From a virus: a DNA stretch of 64,000 bases. Made by a program: the position numbers and the translations under genes. Numbering within the stretch: position 1 is the first letter of the stretch; every line of letters starts with the position of its first letter. Of the stretch, positions 9,452 through 17,980 are shown piece by piece. Location of the stretch: IMG/VR virus record IMGVR_UViG_2874814951_000001; one strand, written 5' to 3'. The notes under the pieces were generated by a model. The model saw only the letters and a list, made by a program, of their open reading frames with translations, was not told where the DNA came from and made no database searches.

Positions 9452-10216
9452 TTATGCAGTGAATTGGCCGGTGAGGAATCGGGTTGTGAAATATTCCTGG
9501 CCTTTCCCGGTTACTTTTGGGGTTTTATTGATGGTGATGTGTCCGTCTGAGTGTGTGACGGCGTTTTCTTTGACTCTGAACAGTCCGAGTTCCATTGCAC
9601 GTTGGGTTGGCATGTTCCAGTCGGTGCCTTTACGGGAAATGAGGAATCCGTTCTCGCGCAACCACTTGAACAATCGGTTTGCGCCGATGTTGATGCCGTT
9701 TCCTTTGAGGATTTTTGCTAGGTCGCCTACGAGGATTGTGGTTTGTGCTGTGTTTACGGCGTCTGCGAATAAAACCTTGGGTTTTGCTGCTTCGAGAGCT
9801 TTGGCGTGTGTTTTGGCTTCGTTTTCTGCTGCTTCTGCGCGTCGTGCTTGTGCTGCTGCGGCTTCGAGTGCTTCGGCGTAGGTTTGTGGGATTGCTGGCT
9901 GTTGTGCCTTAGCTTTCTTTTCGCATTCGATGAAGTACTGGCGGGCCTGCTTACCCTTATCGGTACGCTGGATCATGGAAATTTCCTTCGCCATATCCAG
10001 ACTGATGACATGGTTCATGGCTTCGCGCTCACGCCCGAGAGAGTCTTGTACCCGGTCATTTTTGACCGTGTAGTCTTTCCCCTCTTCAAAGCCGTATGCG
10101 AGCATGCGCGGGAACCAGTGGCGGTATTCTGCTCCAACTTCCAGGAATGCGTGTAGGTCGCGGCCCATGACGGCCTGAATGCCGTCGTTTTCTTGGATTG
10201 GGATGAGTTCTGACAT
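9452..10216 (-). CDS. Phage antirepressor (AntA/AntB N-domain + KilAC/ANT C-domain)
   Basis: AVMGRDLHAFLEV, ISLDMAKEISMIQRTDKGKQARQYFI, KPKVLFADAV, TPKVTGKGQEYF. Confidence 0.93.
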   Translation of the reverse strand: MSELIPIQENDGIQAVMGRDLHAFLEVGAEYRHWFPRMLAYGFEEGKDYTVKNDRVQDSLGREREAMNHVISLDMAKEISMIQRTDKGKQARQYFIECEKKAKAQQPAIPQTYAEALEAAAAQARRAEAAENEAKTHAKALEAAKPKVLFADAVNTAQTTILVGDLAKILKGNGINIGANRLFKWLRENGFLISRKGTDWNMPTQRAMELGLFRVKENAVTHSDGHITINKTPKVTGKGQEYFTTRFLTGQFTA

Positions 10217-10269
10217 TTGATATACTTCCTTTAGTTTATTTTTGTGGCCCCGCTTCGGCGGGGTTTTTC

Positions 10270-10497
10270 TTATGCGATTCGAGCTTTCAACTGCTCTTCC
10301 TCGGCGATAAGCACCCGCTCAGGTCGCGCCCCCAAAGAAGCAAGAGCATTTAGAACATCTGGCGTGGGCCTGCGCTCTCTCATCGCCTTAGACCACGTTT
10401 TGCGAGTTACCCCTGTCTTCCCTTCGAGTGAAGACAGCGATGTGATGTGATGAAGGCGCTTCACGCGGTCAATTTCATCTAGTGAGAGTAGGAACAT
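10270..10497 (-). CDS. Cro-like HTH regulator
   Basis: LSSLEGKTGVTRKTWSKA helix-turn-helix; divergent from the repressor. Confidence 0.75.
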   Translation of the reverse strand: MFLLSLDEIDRVKRLHHITSLSSLEGKTGVTRKTWSKAMRERRPTPDVLNALASLGARPERVLIAEEEQLKARIA

Positions 10498-10619
10498 TCC
10501 CTTAATAACCTCATTTCCTTGGCTGATGTAACTAAACCTACTCTAGAAATTACACGAAGGGAATTTACCTGCCCTCAATGGGGGAATATCCCTACGCATA
10601 ACCCCATTTCAACCCCCAC

Positions 10620-10648
10620 TTGCTGAGTAGTTTTCTACCCACTATGGT
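10620..10648 (+). promoter_or_regulatory. SigA-type promoter, probably giving a leaderless repressor mRNA
   Basis: TTGCTG-17 nt-TATGGT, with ATG 7 nt downstream at 10656. Confidence 0.55.
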
Positions 10649-10655
10649 TGAAGGT

Positions 10656-11108
10656 ATGGACACCAAGCAATGGCTCACAGAATCGGCGCACCGCCCTATC
10701 TACGACCAGGAAATAGCCGACATCCTCGGAATATCCCGAAAAACCGCAAACAAGCGGATCAATGATGGCCTAGACGCAAGCGACCTCATCACCCTTGCAA
10801 GAGAACTCGGAATTAACCCCGTCATGGCGCTACAAGAACTCGGTTACTTGACCATTAATGAGGTGTTCGACTTCCTTGACGCAGATGGAACACTGCTGGC
10901 TACCGCTGCGACAGACCAACTGGTGTACCAACTAGCTGAAGAAATGCTTACGGCAGACCAGCGCATCGCACTTGGCCGCGCAGCACTGACCCTGGTCAAC
11001 CGTTCGAATGTTGTTGATTTCCAATCCGCTCGGTCTGATATACCTCTAGATGCCGTAGCCGATGACAGTGACTACCACGACGAGGAAAACACCGAGTTTG
11101 ACGACTGA
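10656..11108 (+). CDS. XRE-like repressor (ImmR-type)
   Basis: QEIADILGISRKTANKRI HTH; acidic LDAVAD-type C-terminal tail; adjacent to the ImmA gene. Confidence 0.75.
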   Translation: MDTKQWLTESAHRPIYDQEIADILGISRKTANKRINDGLDASDLITLARELGINPVMALQELGYLTINEVFDFLDADGTLLATAATDQLVYQLAEEMLTADQRIALGRAALTLVNRSNVVDFQSARSDIPLDAVADDSDYHDEENTEFDD

Positions 11109-11484
11109 CGACCTACATCAACTAGCCGAAGAGTTAGGGGTCACCATCACCACCCACGACCGTGGCCCCAAAGGCTGGTACCACCACCACACGAGGACTA
11201 TCAGCCTGCGTAGCGACCTCCGTGCCGCGAACTACCGTTGCACCTTGGCGCATGAACTGGCTCATGCGCTTCGTGGTGATGAGCCTACGGGCAATCCGCA
11301 TTTTGATGCGCGTTCAGAGCGGGCGGCTGATTATATGGCGGCTGAAATGTTGATAAGCAGAGCCGAATATGAGCTTGCGGAGCGGCTTCACGATGGGCAT
11401 GAGGGTGCTATTGCGCGTGAGCTTGGTGTTACTAGGCATCTTTTGGCTACGTGGAAAAAGATGCATGAAAGGGTTAACCAGTGA
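11098..11484 (+). CDS. ImmA/IrrE family metalloprotease
   Basis: RCTLAHELAH (HEXXH), ERAADYMA, IARELGVT. Confidence 0.9.
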   Translation: MTTDDLHQLAEELGVTITTHDRGPKGWYHHHTRTISLRSDLRAANYRCTLAHELAHALRGDEPTGNPHFDARSERAADYMAAEMLISRAEYELAERLHDGHEGAIARELGVTRHLLATWKKMHERVNQ

Positions 11485-11597
11485 ATATTGGCTACTGTGG
11501 TGGGGGTGGGTAGCCCCGTTGGTGTGAGCTGTTGCTGTGGTTGAGGGATGATAGGGGAGGTTGTTTGTTTTGTTGTCTTTTGAAAGGAATGGTTGTC

Positions 11598-11831
11598 GTG
11601 TCTGATATGGGGCCGGAGAAAACTTTTAAGGGCTACCGTAATCGACTTATCTTTGGTGGTTGGTTTGGTTTGCATCACTATTACACGGGCAATGTTGGGC
11701 GTGGTGTTCTGTACACGTTCACTTTTGGTGGAGTCTTTTTTATGTGGTTTAAGGACATGGTTAATCCGCGTCGTGACTTTAATCGTGAGATGGCGGCTCA
11801 GGGTATTTTGTCGGCTCGCACTCGTGGCTAA
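11598..11831 (+). CDS. TM2/NINE-domain membrane protein
   Basis: FGGWFGLHHYYTGNVGRGVLYTFTFGG...W..D motif; GAAAGGA RBS. Confidence 0.8.
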   Translation: MSDMGPEKTFKGYRNRLIFGGWFGLHHYYTGNVGRGVLYTFTFGGVFFMWFKDMVNPRRDFNREMAAQGILSARTRG

Positions 11832-11862
11832 AGGGTAGAAGGATTTTGCCCCGTTCCTCTGT

Positions 11863-12252
11863 GTGGTGAGGGGCGGGGTTTATTTGTGTTTTAGGGGTGT
11901 TGTTGTGGTTGGTGTTGGTGAGCCGTGGTTGTCGGCTTTGGTTGATGCTGGTTTTGTTGATCGTTGTGGTGTTGTGTCTTTGAGTGCGTTGGCGCGTGCT
12001 GCGGGGGTTCATACGTCTACGGTGTCGAATATGGTTTCTGGGCGGACGGGGCGGCCTAGTGTTGAGACTGTTCGGCGGGTTGCGGGGGCGTTGGGGGTTT
12101 CTGTGTCCACTGTTGGGGGTTGGGTTGGTTTGTCGTGGGGTGATGGGGGTTTGGGTGAGTATGTGCCGCCGGTGGAAGCTTGCCGGTTGTCTCGCAGGCA
12201 GCGGGCAGCGGTGGATGAGATTATTCGGTGCATGGTTGCCGGTTCTGGATAA
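11863..12252 (+). CDS. XRE-family HTH regulator (start uncertain)
   Basis: SLSALARAAGVHTSTVSNMVSGR...PSVETVRRVAGALGV. Confidence 0.75.
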   Translation: MVRGGVYLCFRGVVVVGVGEPWLSALVDAGFVDRCGVVSLSALARAAGVHTSTVSNMVSGRTGRPSVETVRRVAGALGVSVSTVGGWVGLSWGDGGLGEYVPPVEACRLSRRQRAAVDEIIRCMVAGSG

Positions 12253-12262
12253 GTGGTGTGTC

Positions 12263-12518
12263 CATCTTTTTTCCATCAGTTTGTGTGGGTGCTGTGGTGC
12301 GCCGTAGTCGTTTGTGTCGTGCTGTTGGCGGGGTTTTTGGTGTGCGCTAGTGTGCGCTAAGGGGGTGGGTGGGTTCGTGTTGTGGTTTAGCCGGTGTCGT
12401 AGGTTCGATTCCTACCTGGGGCACTTTTTTATGCGGTTTTCGTGGGGTTTTGTTGGGGTGCGCTGTGGTGACTTGGGGGTGTTTTTGGTGGGGGCACATC
12501 TTTTATCCATCAGTTTGT
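12263..12518 (+). repeat. 22-bp direct repeats flanking the attP core (integrase arm-type sites)
   Basis: CATCTTTTTTCCATCAGTTTGT at 12263-12284 and CATCTTTTATCCATCAGTTTGT at 12497-12518. Confidence 0.75.
12389..12424 (+). other. attP: attP core: 3' half of a tRNA, probably tRNA-Arg(CCU)
   Basis: AGCCGGTGTCGTAGGTTCGATTCCTACCTGGGGCAC contains a T-arm and an acceptor 3' strand but no 5' half. It lies about 80 bp past the integrase stop. Confidence 0.85.
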
Positions 12519-13696
12519 TGGGTTGCGAGGGATTGGAGGATGGTGGTTAGGTCTGGTGCGTGTTGGGCTTGGGGTGCGATGTAGTGGCGTTGGGTCATGG
12601 TGGTTGTTGTGTGGCCGAGTTGTTGGGCGGCGTAGGTGTCGCCGGCTTGTCGTTCGATGAGTGTTGCGACGGTTCTTCTCATGGTGCGTAGTTCGGCGTT
12701 GGGGTAGCCGGCGGCTTTTCTTGCGCGTCTCCATTGGCGTTGTATTGCGGCGGGGTCGCGGTGTGTTCCGTCTGCTGTGTAAAAAACGGGGTCGGTTGGT
12801 TGGGTGTATGGGGATGTTTTTTTGATTTCGTTGAGTGTGGTTATTGCGAATGGGGGGAGGGTGAGGATGCGGATGAGTTTTGTTTTTGTGAAGGTTTGGC
12901 GGATTAGTCCGTGTTCTTTGCGCCATACCATTGTGGCGTTAACCGTGAAGGTTGGGGGGTTGGTGTTGGTGTTGAATTGGTGCCATTGGGCGGCTGCGAG
13001 TTCGCCTGTTCTGCACCCTGTGGCTAGTAGGAGGTCGAGGAATTGGCCTAGTTGGTGGGCGCGGCCTTTTTGTCGTGTTTTGGGTGTTGTTGGGTGGCCG
13101 TTATCGTCGATTTCTGCGTTGATCCATTTTTCGATGCGTGTGCGTAGTGTTGCGAGGTCATCGAGGGGGAAGATTACGACGGTGGGGGCGGTTTTTCGGG
13201 GTCGTGGTAGCCCTGTGACGGGGTTAGCGGGTATCGCGTCGTGGGATAGGGCTAGGGCTAGGGCTTGGGTGAGGATTGAGCGGGCGCGGGTGTAGGTGCC
13301 TTTTGGCAGTGTGTTTAGGTGCGCTGCGATGAGTCCGGGGGTTAGTTCTTCTAGGGTGATTGCGCCGAGCTGTGGGGTGAGGTCGTGGGTGATGGTTTGG
13401 CGGTAATCATCGATTGTTTGGGGTAGGACGTCGGTTTTGTCGGCTAGCCAGCGTTGCAGTAGTTGCCCTGTTGTGGTGTGGCGGGTGATTCCGCTGTGGC
13501 CTTCGGCTTCGCGGTATTGGGTGAGCTTTTCCATCAGGCGGGCGCGGGCGGCTGTTTTTGAGGTGGCGCGGGCTGAGATGAGTTTGAGGGTGCCGGTTCG
13601 GGTTCGGTATCGGGCGCGGGCTTCGTGGCCTGTGTTTGTTTCGCGCACGGTGATATTGCCCCAACTGCCTATTGGGGTTCGTGGTCTGCCTGCCAT
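12503..13696 (-). CDS. int: Tyrosine integrase
   Basis: MAGRPRTPIGSWG N-terminus, TGCRTGE, RTMRRT, LGH...TQRHY. Confidence 0.95.
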   Translation of the reverse strand: MAGRPRTPIGSWGNITVRETNTGHEARARYRTRTGTLKLISARATSKTAARARLMEKLTQYREAEGHSGITRHTTTGQLLQRWLADKTDVLPQTIDDYRQTITHDLTPQLGAITLEELTPGLIAAHLNTLPKGTYTRARSILTQALALALSHDAIPANPVTGLPRPRKTAPTVVIFPLDDLATLRTRIEKWINAEIDDNGHPTTPKTRQKGRAHQLGQFLDLLLATGCRTGELAAAQWHQFNTNTNPPTFTVNATMVWRKEHGLIRQTFTKTKLIRILTLPPFAITTLNEIKKTSPYTQPTDPVFYTADGTHRDPAAIQRQWRRARKAAGYPNAELRTMRRTVATLIERQAGDTYAAQQLGHTTTTMTQRHYIAPQAQHAPDLTTILQSLATQQTDG

Positions 13697-13702
13697 GTGT
13701 TG

Positions 13703-14170
13703 TTACCAGGAAAAACTGTTGTTGTCGGGGTCGATGTCTCTGTTGACGGCGCGGTCTGCTTTGGTTGCTGTGGGGTCGAGTTTTGAGACGGCGGACATGC
13801 GGCGGGCGATTTCGTCTAGGAGGTCTTGATCTGGCACGGCGGTTAGGTTGTAGTTTTTGCCGCGTGTTTCGAGTAGTTTTGTGAGTTCTTCGGCGGCGTC
13901 GTTGCGGCCGGCTTGTGCGAGTTCGAAGGGTTTGATGTCGAGGACGCGGGCGATAGTTGCCAGTGTTGGGGCGGGGGCGGTTGATTCGACGGCTTGGCCT
14001 TTGCGTAGCCAGCGCCAACCGTATTCGATGCTTCGCCATCGTGAGGGGCTGATTCCTGCGAGTCCTGCGGCGCGTGCGATGGAGAGGGTGGGCCATATTT
14101 CGGCGCGTTTTTGGGCGATGAGCTTGGCTTCTGGTGGTGGGGTGATGTTGTTCGGTGGGGTGGGTGTCAT
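13703..14170 (-). CDS. HTH repressor (primary immunity switch)
   Basis: LSIARAAGLAGISPSRWRSIEYG. Co-oriented with int and divergent from xis; TACTCT 7 nt before the ATG suggests a leaderless mRNA. Confidence 0.8.
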   Translation of the reverse strand: MTPTPPNNITPPPEAKLIAQKRAEIWPTLSIARAAGLAGISPSRWRSIEYGWRWLRKGQAVESTAPAPTLATIARVLDIKPFELAQAGRNDAAEELTKLLETRGKNYNLTAVPDQDLLDEIARRMSAVSKLDPTATKADRAVNRDIDPDNNSFSW

Positions 14171-14300
14171 GGTTCCTAGAGTAGTTTTGAGCGGGCTGGC
14201 GTGGGTGTTTTACCCCCGGCGTGCTGGGTGTTTGGGTGTTTTTCCACCCCTGTTAGCGCGCTAGTGTGCGCTCTGCGCTAGTGTGCTCTGTGCAGGCATA

Positions 14301-14360
14301 CAGCGCACTAGAGGTCACTGTAGATCACTACAGGTCACTAAAGGGCACTGTGAACCACTT
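14301..14360 (+). repeat. Six tandem 10-bp repeats with a CACT core in the xis leader
   Basis: cagcgcacta gaggtcactg tagatcacta caggtcacta aagggcactg tgaaccactt. Confidence 0.8.
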
Positions 14361-14391
14361 TTGCCCACCGTATGAAGGGAGACGGGGAACT

Positions 14392-14679
14392 ATGACCACG
14401 GCAACGGATCAACTGCGGGATATTGTCTCGCAGATAGCCCGTGAAGCGATTGAGCGGGAACTATCGAAACACCCCCGCCCTAGCCACGATTTCCTAGAGT
14501 ATCACCGCGAAAAGCTGATTAACGGCAAACAAGCGGCCGAGATTCTAGGCCTATCGCCGGGAACGCTTGCAAACATGCGCATCCAGGGAACCGGTCCCGA
14601 ATACGTCAAGATTGGCACATCCATTCGCTACCGCATTTCCGACATCTATGCCTACATCGATTCACTAGGAAGGAACTAA
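14392..14679 (+). CDS. Excisionase/HTH_17 (MerR-like) DNA-binding protein
   Basis: LINGKQAAEILGLSPGTLANMRIQGTGPEYVKIGTSIRYR. Confidence 0.85.
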   Translation: MTTATDQLRDIVSQIAREAIERELSKHPRPSHDFLEYHREKLINGKQAAEILGLSPGTLANMRIQGTGPEYVKIGTSIRYRISDIYAYIDSLGRN

Positions 14680-14683
14680 CCCC

Positions 14684-15616
14684 ATGCCGACCACCATCGC
14701 CACACCAGGCCACGGAAAATTTCACATGGTCACCATCACCCCAACCGACGGGGTGGACGTAGCCGACGCGGAAGCCGTGGAAACCGACCGTAAACAGCAG
14801 TGGCTACAGGCACGCCGAAACTACATCACAGCGACCGACGTAGCGCGCCTAGCAACCCTTAACCAGGAAGAATGGGACAGGGTACGCGCTGAAAAGAACG
14901 GCGAACCAGGTTTCCAGGGCAACAAGTACACCGAATTTGGGTTAGCCCGCGAGCCGCACATCATCGAATGGATGCAAACCGAAATTGATCCGAGTTTGCA
15001 GCCTAACGACATGCTCTGTGTATCCGTTGACCGTGATTGGATGGCAGCGACCCCGGACGCGATCAGCCCGGACGGGCAGGTTATCGCCCAGGTGAAAACG
15101 TCCACTAAGCCAATGGCGCCAGCCGATGCCCCACAGCGCTACATTGACCAATGCCTATGGGAGCGGGCTGTAACCGGCGCTGAAACGCAGTATTTGGCGG
15201 TCGAAGAAAACCGTGGCTTAACGGAGATTGTCGGCACCCTATGCGAGGAAACATCACCGGATGACCAGCGCCTAGCTTTCCTGATTGAAACCGCCGAACG
15301 TTTCCGGGAGGGCGGCCCCGCCGTGGTTCAGTCCGAGGATGAGCAGCTACAGCAGGCAGTTAACGCCTACGGGGACGCGAAAGACGCACTCAAGGCAGCA
15401 CAGGAAGCCGAAAAGGAAGCGCGTAAGGTACTAGAGGGACTGATTGGTAGCGAGCCTGGAAAGTGGAGCACAAGCCGTTTCACGGTCACCCGCAGTAAAG
15501 CGTCAACAACTCACAGGATCGACTCAAAGGCGCTTAAGGCTAATTTCCCCGAAGTTGCGGAAAAATGCACCGTAACCGCCATGTCCCCCGGTCGATTGAC
15601 CTACGCAGCCGTGTAG
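14684..15616 (+). CDS. YqaJ-like (lambda exonuclease family) recombination nuclease
   Basis: WLQARRNYITATD, FGLAREP, MAATPDA, QVKT, YIDQ. Confidence 0.85.
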   Translation: MPTTIATPGHGKFHMVTITPTDGVDVADAEAVETDRKQQWLQARRNYITATDVARLATLNQEEWDRVRAEKNGEPGFQGNKYTEFGLAREPHIIEWMQTEIDPSLQPNDMLCVSVDRDWMAATPDAISPDGQVIAQVKTSTKPMAPADAPQRYIDQCLWERAVTGAETQYLAVEENRGLTEIVGTLCEETSPDDQRLAFLIETAERFREGGPAVVQSEDEQLQQAVNAYGDAKDALKAAQEAEKEARKVLEGLIGSEPGKWSTSRFTVTRSKASTTHRIDSKALKANFPEVAEKCTVTAMSPGRLTYAAV

Positions 15617-15669
15617 CGCGCTAGACCCGCTACGACAGCACACAACACCCTAGATAGGAGCTTTTCACC

Positions 15670-16617
15670 ATGACCACCACCGACCTAGCCACCGTGAACG
15701 TTCAAGCCCAGATGAAGGAACTTGAGGTAAAGCGCGAATGGTGCCAAATGATGGCCGGGGGCGATATGCTACCCCGCCAGTACCGGGAAAAGCCGGCGAA
15801 CCTTCTCTACGCCGTCGAGTACGCCGACCAGCTGGGCATCCCCCGCATCAACGCCCTAACCAGTATCCACGTGATCGAGGGCAAGCCCAGCGCTAGCGCC
15901 GACCTCATCGCCGCGCTGGTGCGTAAGGCAGGCCACCGCTTGCGTGTATCGACACAGGGGCATGGCCGTCAGACTGTCGTAACTGCGAGCGTGTGGCGCG
16001 CAGATGACCCAGATTTTGAGTTCCGCGTTACCTGGAATTGGCAGCGCGCCGAGGATGCCGGGCTAACTGGTAAGAACAACTGGAAGAATTACCCGGAAGC
16101 GATGTTGAAGGCACGCGCGATTACCGAAGTTGCACGTGAAGCAGCGAACGACGCGCTTTTTGGCATCATCTACACCCCGGAGGAATTGGGGGCGGTTGTC
16201 GGCGAGGATGGGGAACCGACACAGCAGCGCCCGCAGCCGCATAACCGCGTTGCAGCGCAGGCAACCCGGCAGCACCCGGCAGCAGCGCAGCAGCAGGAGA
16301 CCGCCCCGGCAACTCATCGCATGATTGCCGAGATTGAAAGCGACATTGACGCGGCCGGCGATGATGTTTCGAAGATCCGCAAACTATGGAAGGAAGCGAA
16401 AGCAGCGGGGTACGAAGAATTGGTTTCCCGCCTTAACGCTAAGTTCGCTAAAGCCCCGGAAACACCTTCTAGCGCCCCTGTAGGCGACCAGCAGGCGGAA
16501 AGTGACACCAACCCCCAGGGCGCTAGCGCCGAGCCGTTAGACGGCAATCAGGCGCACTCTATGGGCGACGCTGTAGGGCTGGCTATGGACACTCTAGACG
16601 CTGAGATTGTCGAGTAA
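15670..16617 (+). CDS. RecT-like ssDNA-annealing recombinase
   Basis: IHVIEGKP, AGLTGKNNWKNYPEAMLKARA, GIIYTPEE; follows the exonuclease gene. Confidence 0.8.
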   Translation: MTTTDLATVNVQAQMKELEVKREWCQMMAGGDMLPRQYREKPANLLYAVEYADQLGIPRINALTSIHVIEGKPSASADLIAALVRKAGHRLRVSTQGHGRQTVVTASVWRADDPDFEFRVTWNWQRAEDAGLTGKNNWKNYPEAMLKARAITEVAREAANDALFGIIYTPEELGAVVGEDGEPTQQRPQPHNRVAAQATRQHPAAAQQQETAPATHRMIAEIESDIDAAGDDVSKIRKLWKEAKAAGYEELVSRLNAKFAKAPETPSSAPVGDQQAESDTNPQGASAEPLDGNQAHSMGDAVGLAMDTLDAEIVE

Positions 16618-16701
16618 CCCCCGCCCCGTTTGAGTTTTCCGAGCGCATACCTGCGCCCTAGCGGGTGTGTATGGTGCGCTCTGCCTGCAAGAGAGTTTCA
16701 G

Positions 16702-17463
16702 ATGTCCTACCGGATTATGAATTGGGTGCTGCATGAAGCCCCGCTACCCAACCGAGCCGCCGCGCTAGCGGTCGCTATCGCCCTAGCCGACTTCGCTAAC
16801 GAAGATGCGGATTGCCAGGCGTGGCCATCCATCGAGACGCTAGCGAAGCTTGCTAGGTGCTCTGCGAGGACTACCCAACGGGCTTTAAGCGACCTTGAGG
16901 GGGCGGGGGTTATCGAAGCCGGGGATCAAGGTTTGGTTGCCGAGTATCGGGCGGATCGACGGCCGACGGTATGGCGCTTTATTGGTTATATAAACATGCG
17001 CGAGTTATCCACAGCGGGGCGACAGGATGACACCCCGAACGCTCACGGGGTGTCAATTTGTCACGAACGGGGTGACAATTTGTCACGCACGGGGTGTCAG
17101 AATGACACCCAAACCAGTTATATAAACCAATTAACTAAACCAAGTCTGTGTGTTACTAAACCTGTATATTACGGGCGCCCTGTGGATAACTTCGATGACA
17201 CACACACAATTGAAAAATTCGGATTAGAAAAACAACCGCCCGCCGTCGCTACGCGACTAGCGGACATCATCACCGAACAACTCAACAACGGAACCAGCGA
17301 GAGCATCATCACCGCCGCACTCAACGAATGGCACCGACGCGCCCCCGCCGCGCCCGGACTTCTCCCCTACCTGATTTCCGACCAACTCACTAAGCGAAAC
17401 GAGATAGACCCGTGGACAACACAACCCCCACAAACGACGATCTACACCACTGCAAACAGCTAA
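16702..17463 (+). CDS. Replication initiator (HTH_36-type)
   Basis: IALADFANE...AWPSIETLAKLARCSARTTQRALSDLE; carries internal iterons. Confidence 0.85.
   Translation: MSYRIMNWVLHEAPLPNRAAALAVAIALADFANEDADCQAWPSIETLAKLARCSARTTQRALSDLEGAGVIEAGDQGLVAEYRADRRPTVWRFIGYINMRELSTAGRQDDTPNAHGVSICHERGDNLSRTGCQNDTQTSYINQLTKPSLCVTKPVYYGRPVDNFDDTHTIEKFGLEKQPPAVATRLADIITEQLNNGTSESIITAALNEWHRRAPAAPGLLPYLISDQLTKRNEIDPWTTQPPQTTIYTTANS
17005..17189. promoter_or_regulatory. Replication origin: iterons, AT-rich tract and two DnaA boxes
   Basis: TTATCCACA at 17005; iterons ACGGGGTGWCA at 17045, 17067 and 17089; AT-rich 17118-17141; TGTGGATAA at 17181. Confidence 0.8.
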
Positions 17464-17795
17464 TTGGCCGTATCGCATCAATCGACCCCCGTTTTCCCGA
17501 ACCGACCGACAACCGCGCCCGTGGCTGGTGCGAGGTGTTCGCAGGACGCGGCTACACATGGGCCGAGCTTTTCCGCGCCGTCGTGGACTTCTACGCCACA
17601 AACACCCGTAACGCGCTGTGTATGCCCGCCCTACTGCTCGAACAGGCAGACATCACACGCAAGAACGCGCCCCTTACACCGGAACTGGAATACCGCCGCG
17701 CCATCGCGCAATGGGAACGCGATTGTAAGATCGCGGAAACCGAGGGGGAGCGCTACCCCGCCAAGCCCACTAGGGAACAGTTTTTCGGCACCTAG
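17412..17795 (+). CDS. Putative helicase loader/inhibitor-like protein
   Basis: Directly follows the initiator; DPRF...W...AVVDFY...MPA pattern. Confidence 0.5.
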   Translation: MDNTTPTNDDLHHCKQLIGRIASIDPRFPEPTDNRARGWCEVFAGRGYTWAELFRAVVDFYATNTRNALCMPALLLEQADITRKNAPLTPELEYRRAIAQWERDCKIAETEGERYPAKPTREQFFGT

Positions 17796-17980
17796 GCGGG
17801 CGCTAGGCGTTTTAGCGCACTAGACCCACCCCACGGGTAGGCCGGAGGGTTTCCGGGGCGTTAAAACACGTCACAGCAGACCCCGCCACCCCCGTCACCC
17901 CCGTTGATTATCGCTGAGTCGCCATAGTGCGCTAGCTTGAAAATCGTCAACGAAGACACCCACACCCCACAGGAGCCAAA

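Noticed and set aside
12361..12424. Second functional tRNA gene
   Set aside because: Only the 3' half is present; interpreted as the attP core.
12670..12700. Inactive integrase because HxxR reads RTMR
   Set aside because: The His position varies among tyrosine recombinases, and the other catalytic residues and attP are intact.
14301..14360. CRISPR mini-array
   Set aside because: 10-bp units with no spacers; the 17045-17110 repeats are iterons. No CRISPR array or cas gene seen in the window.
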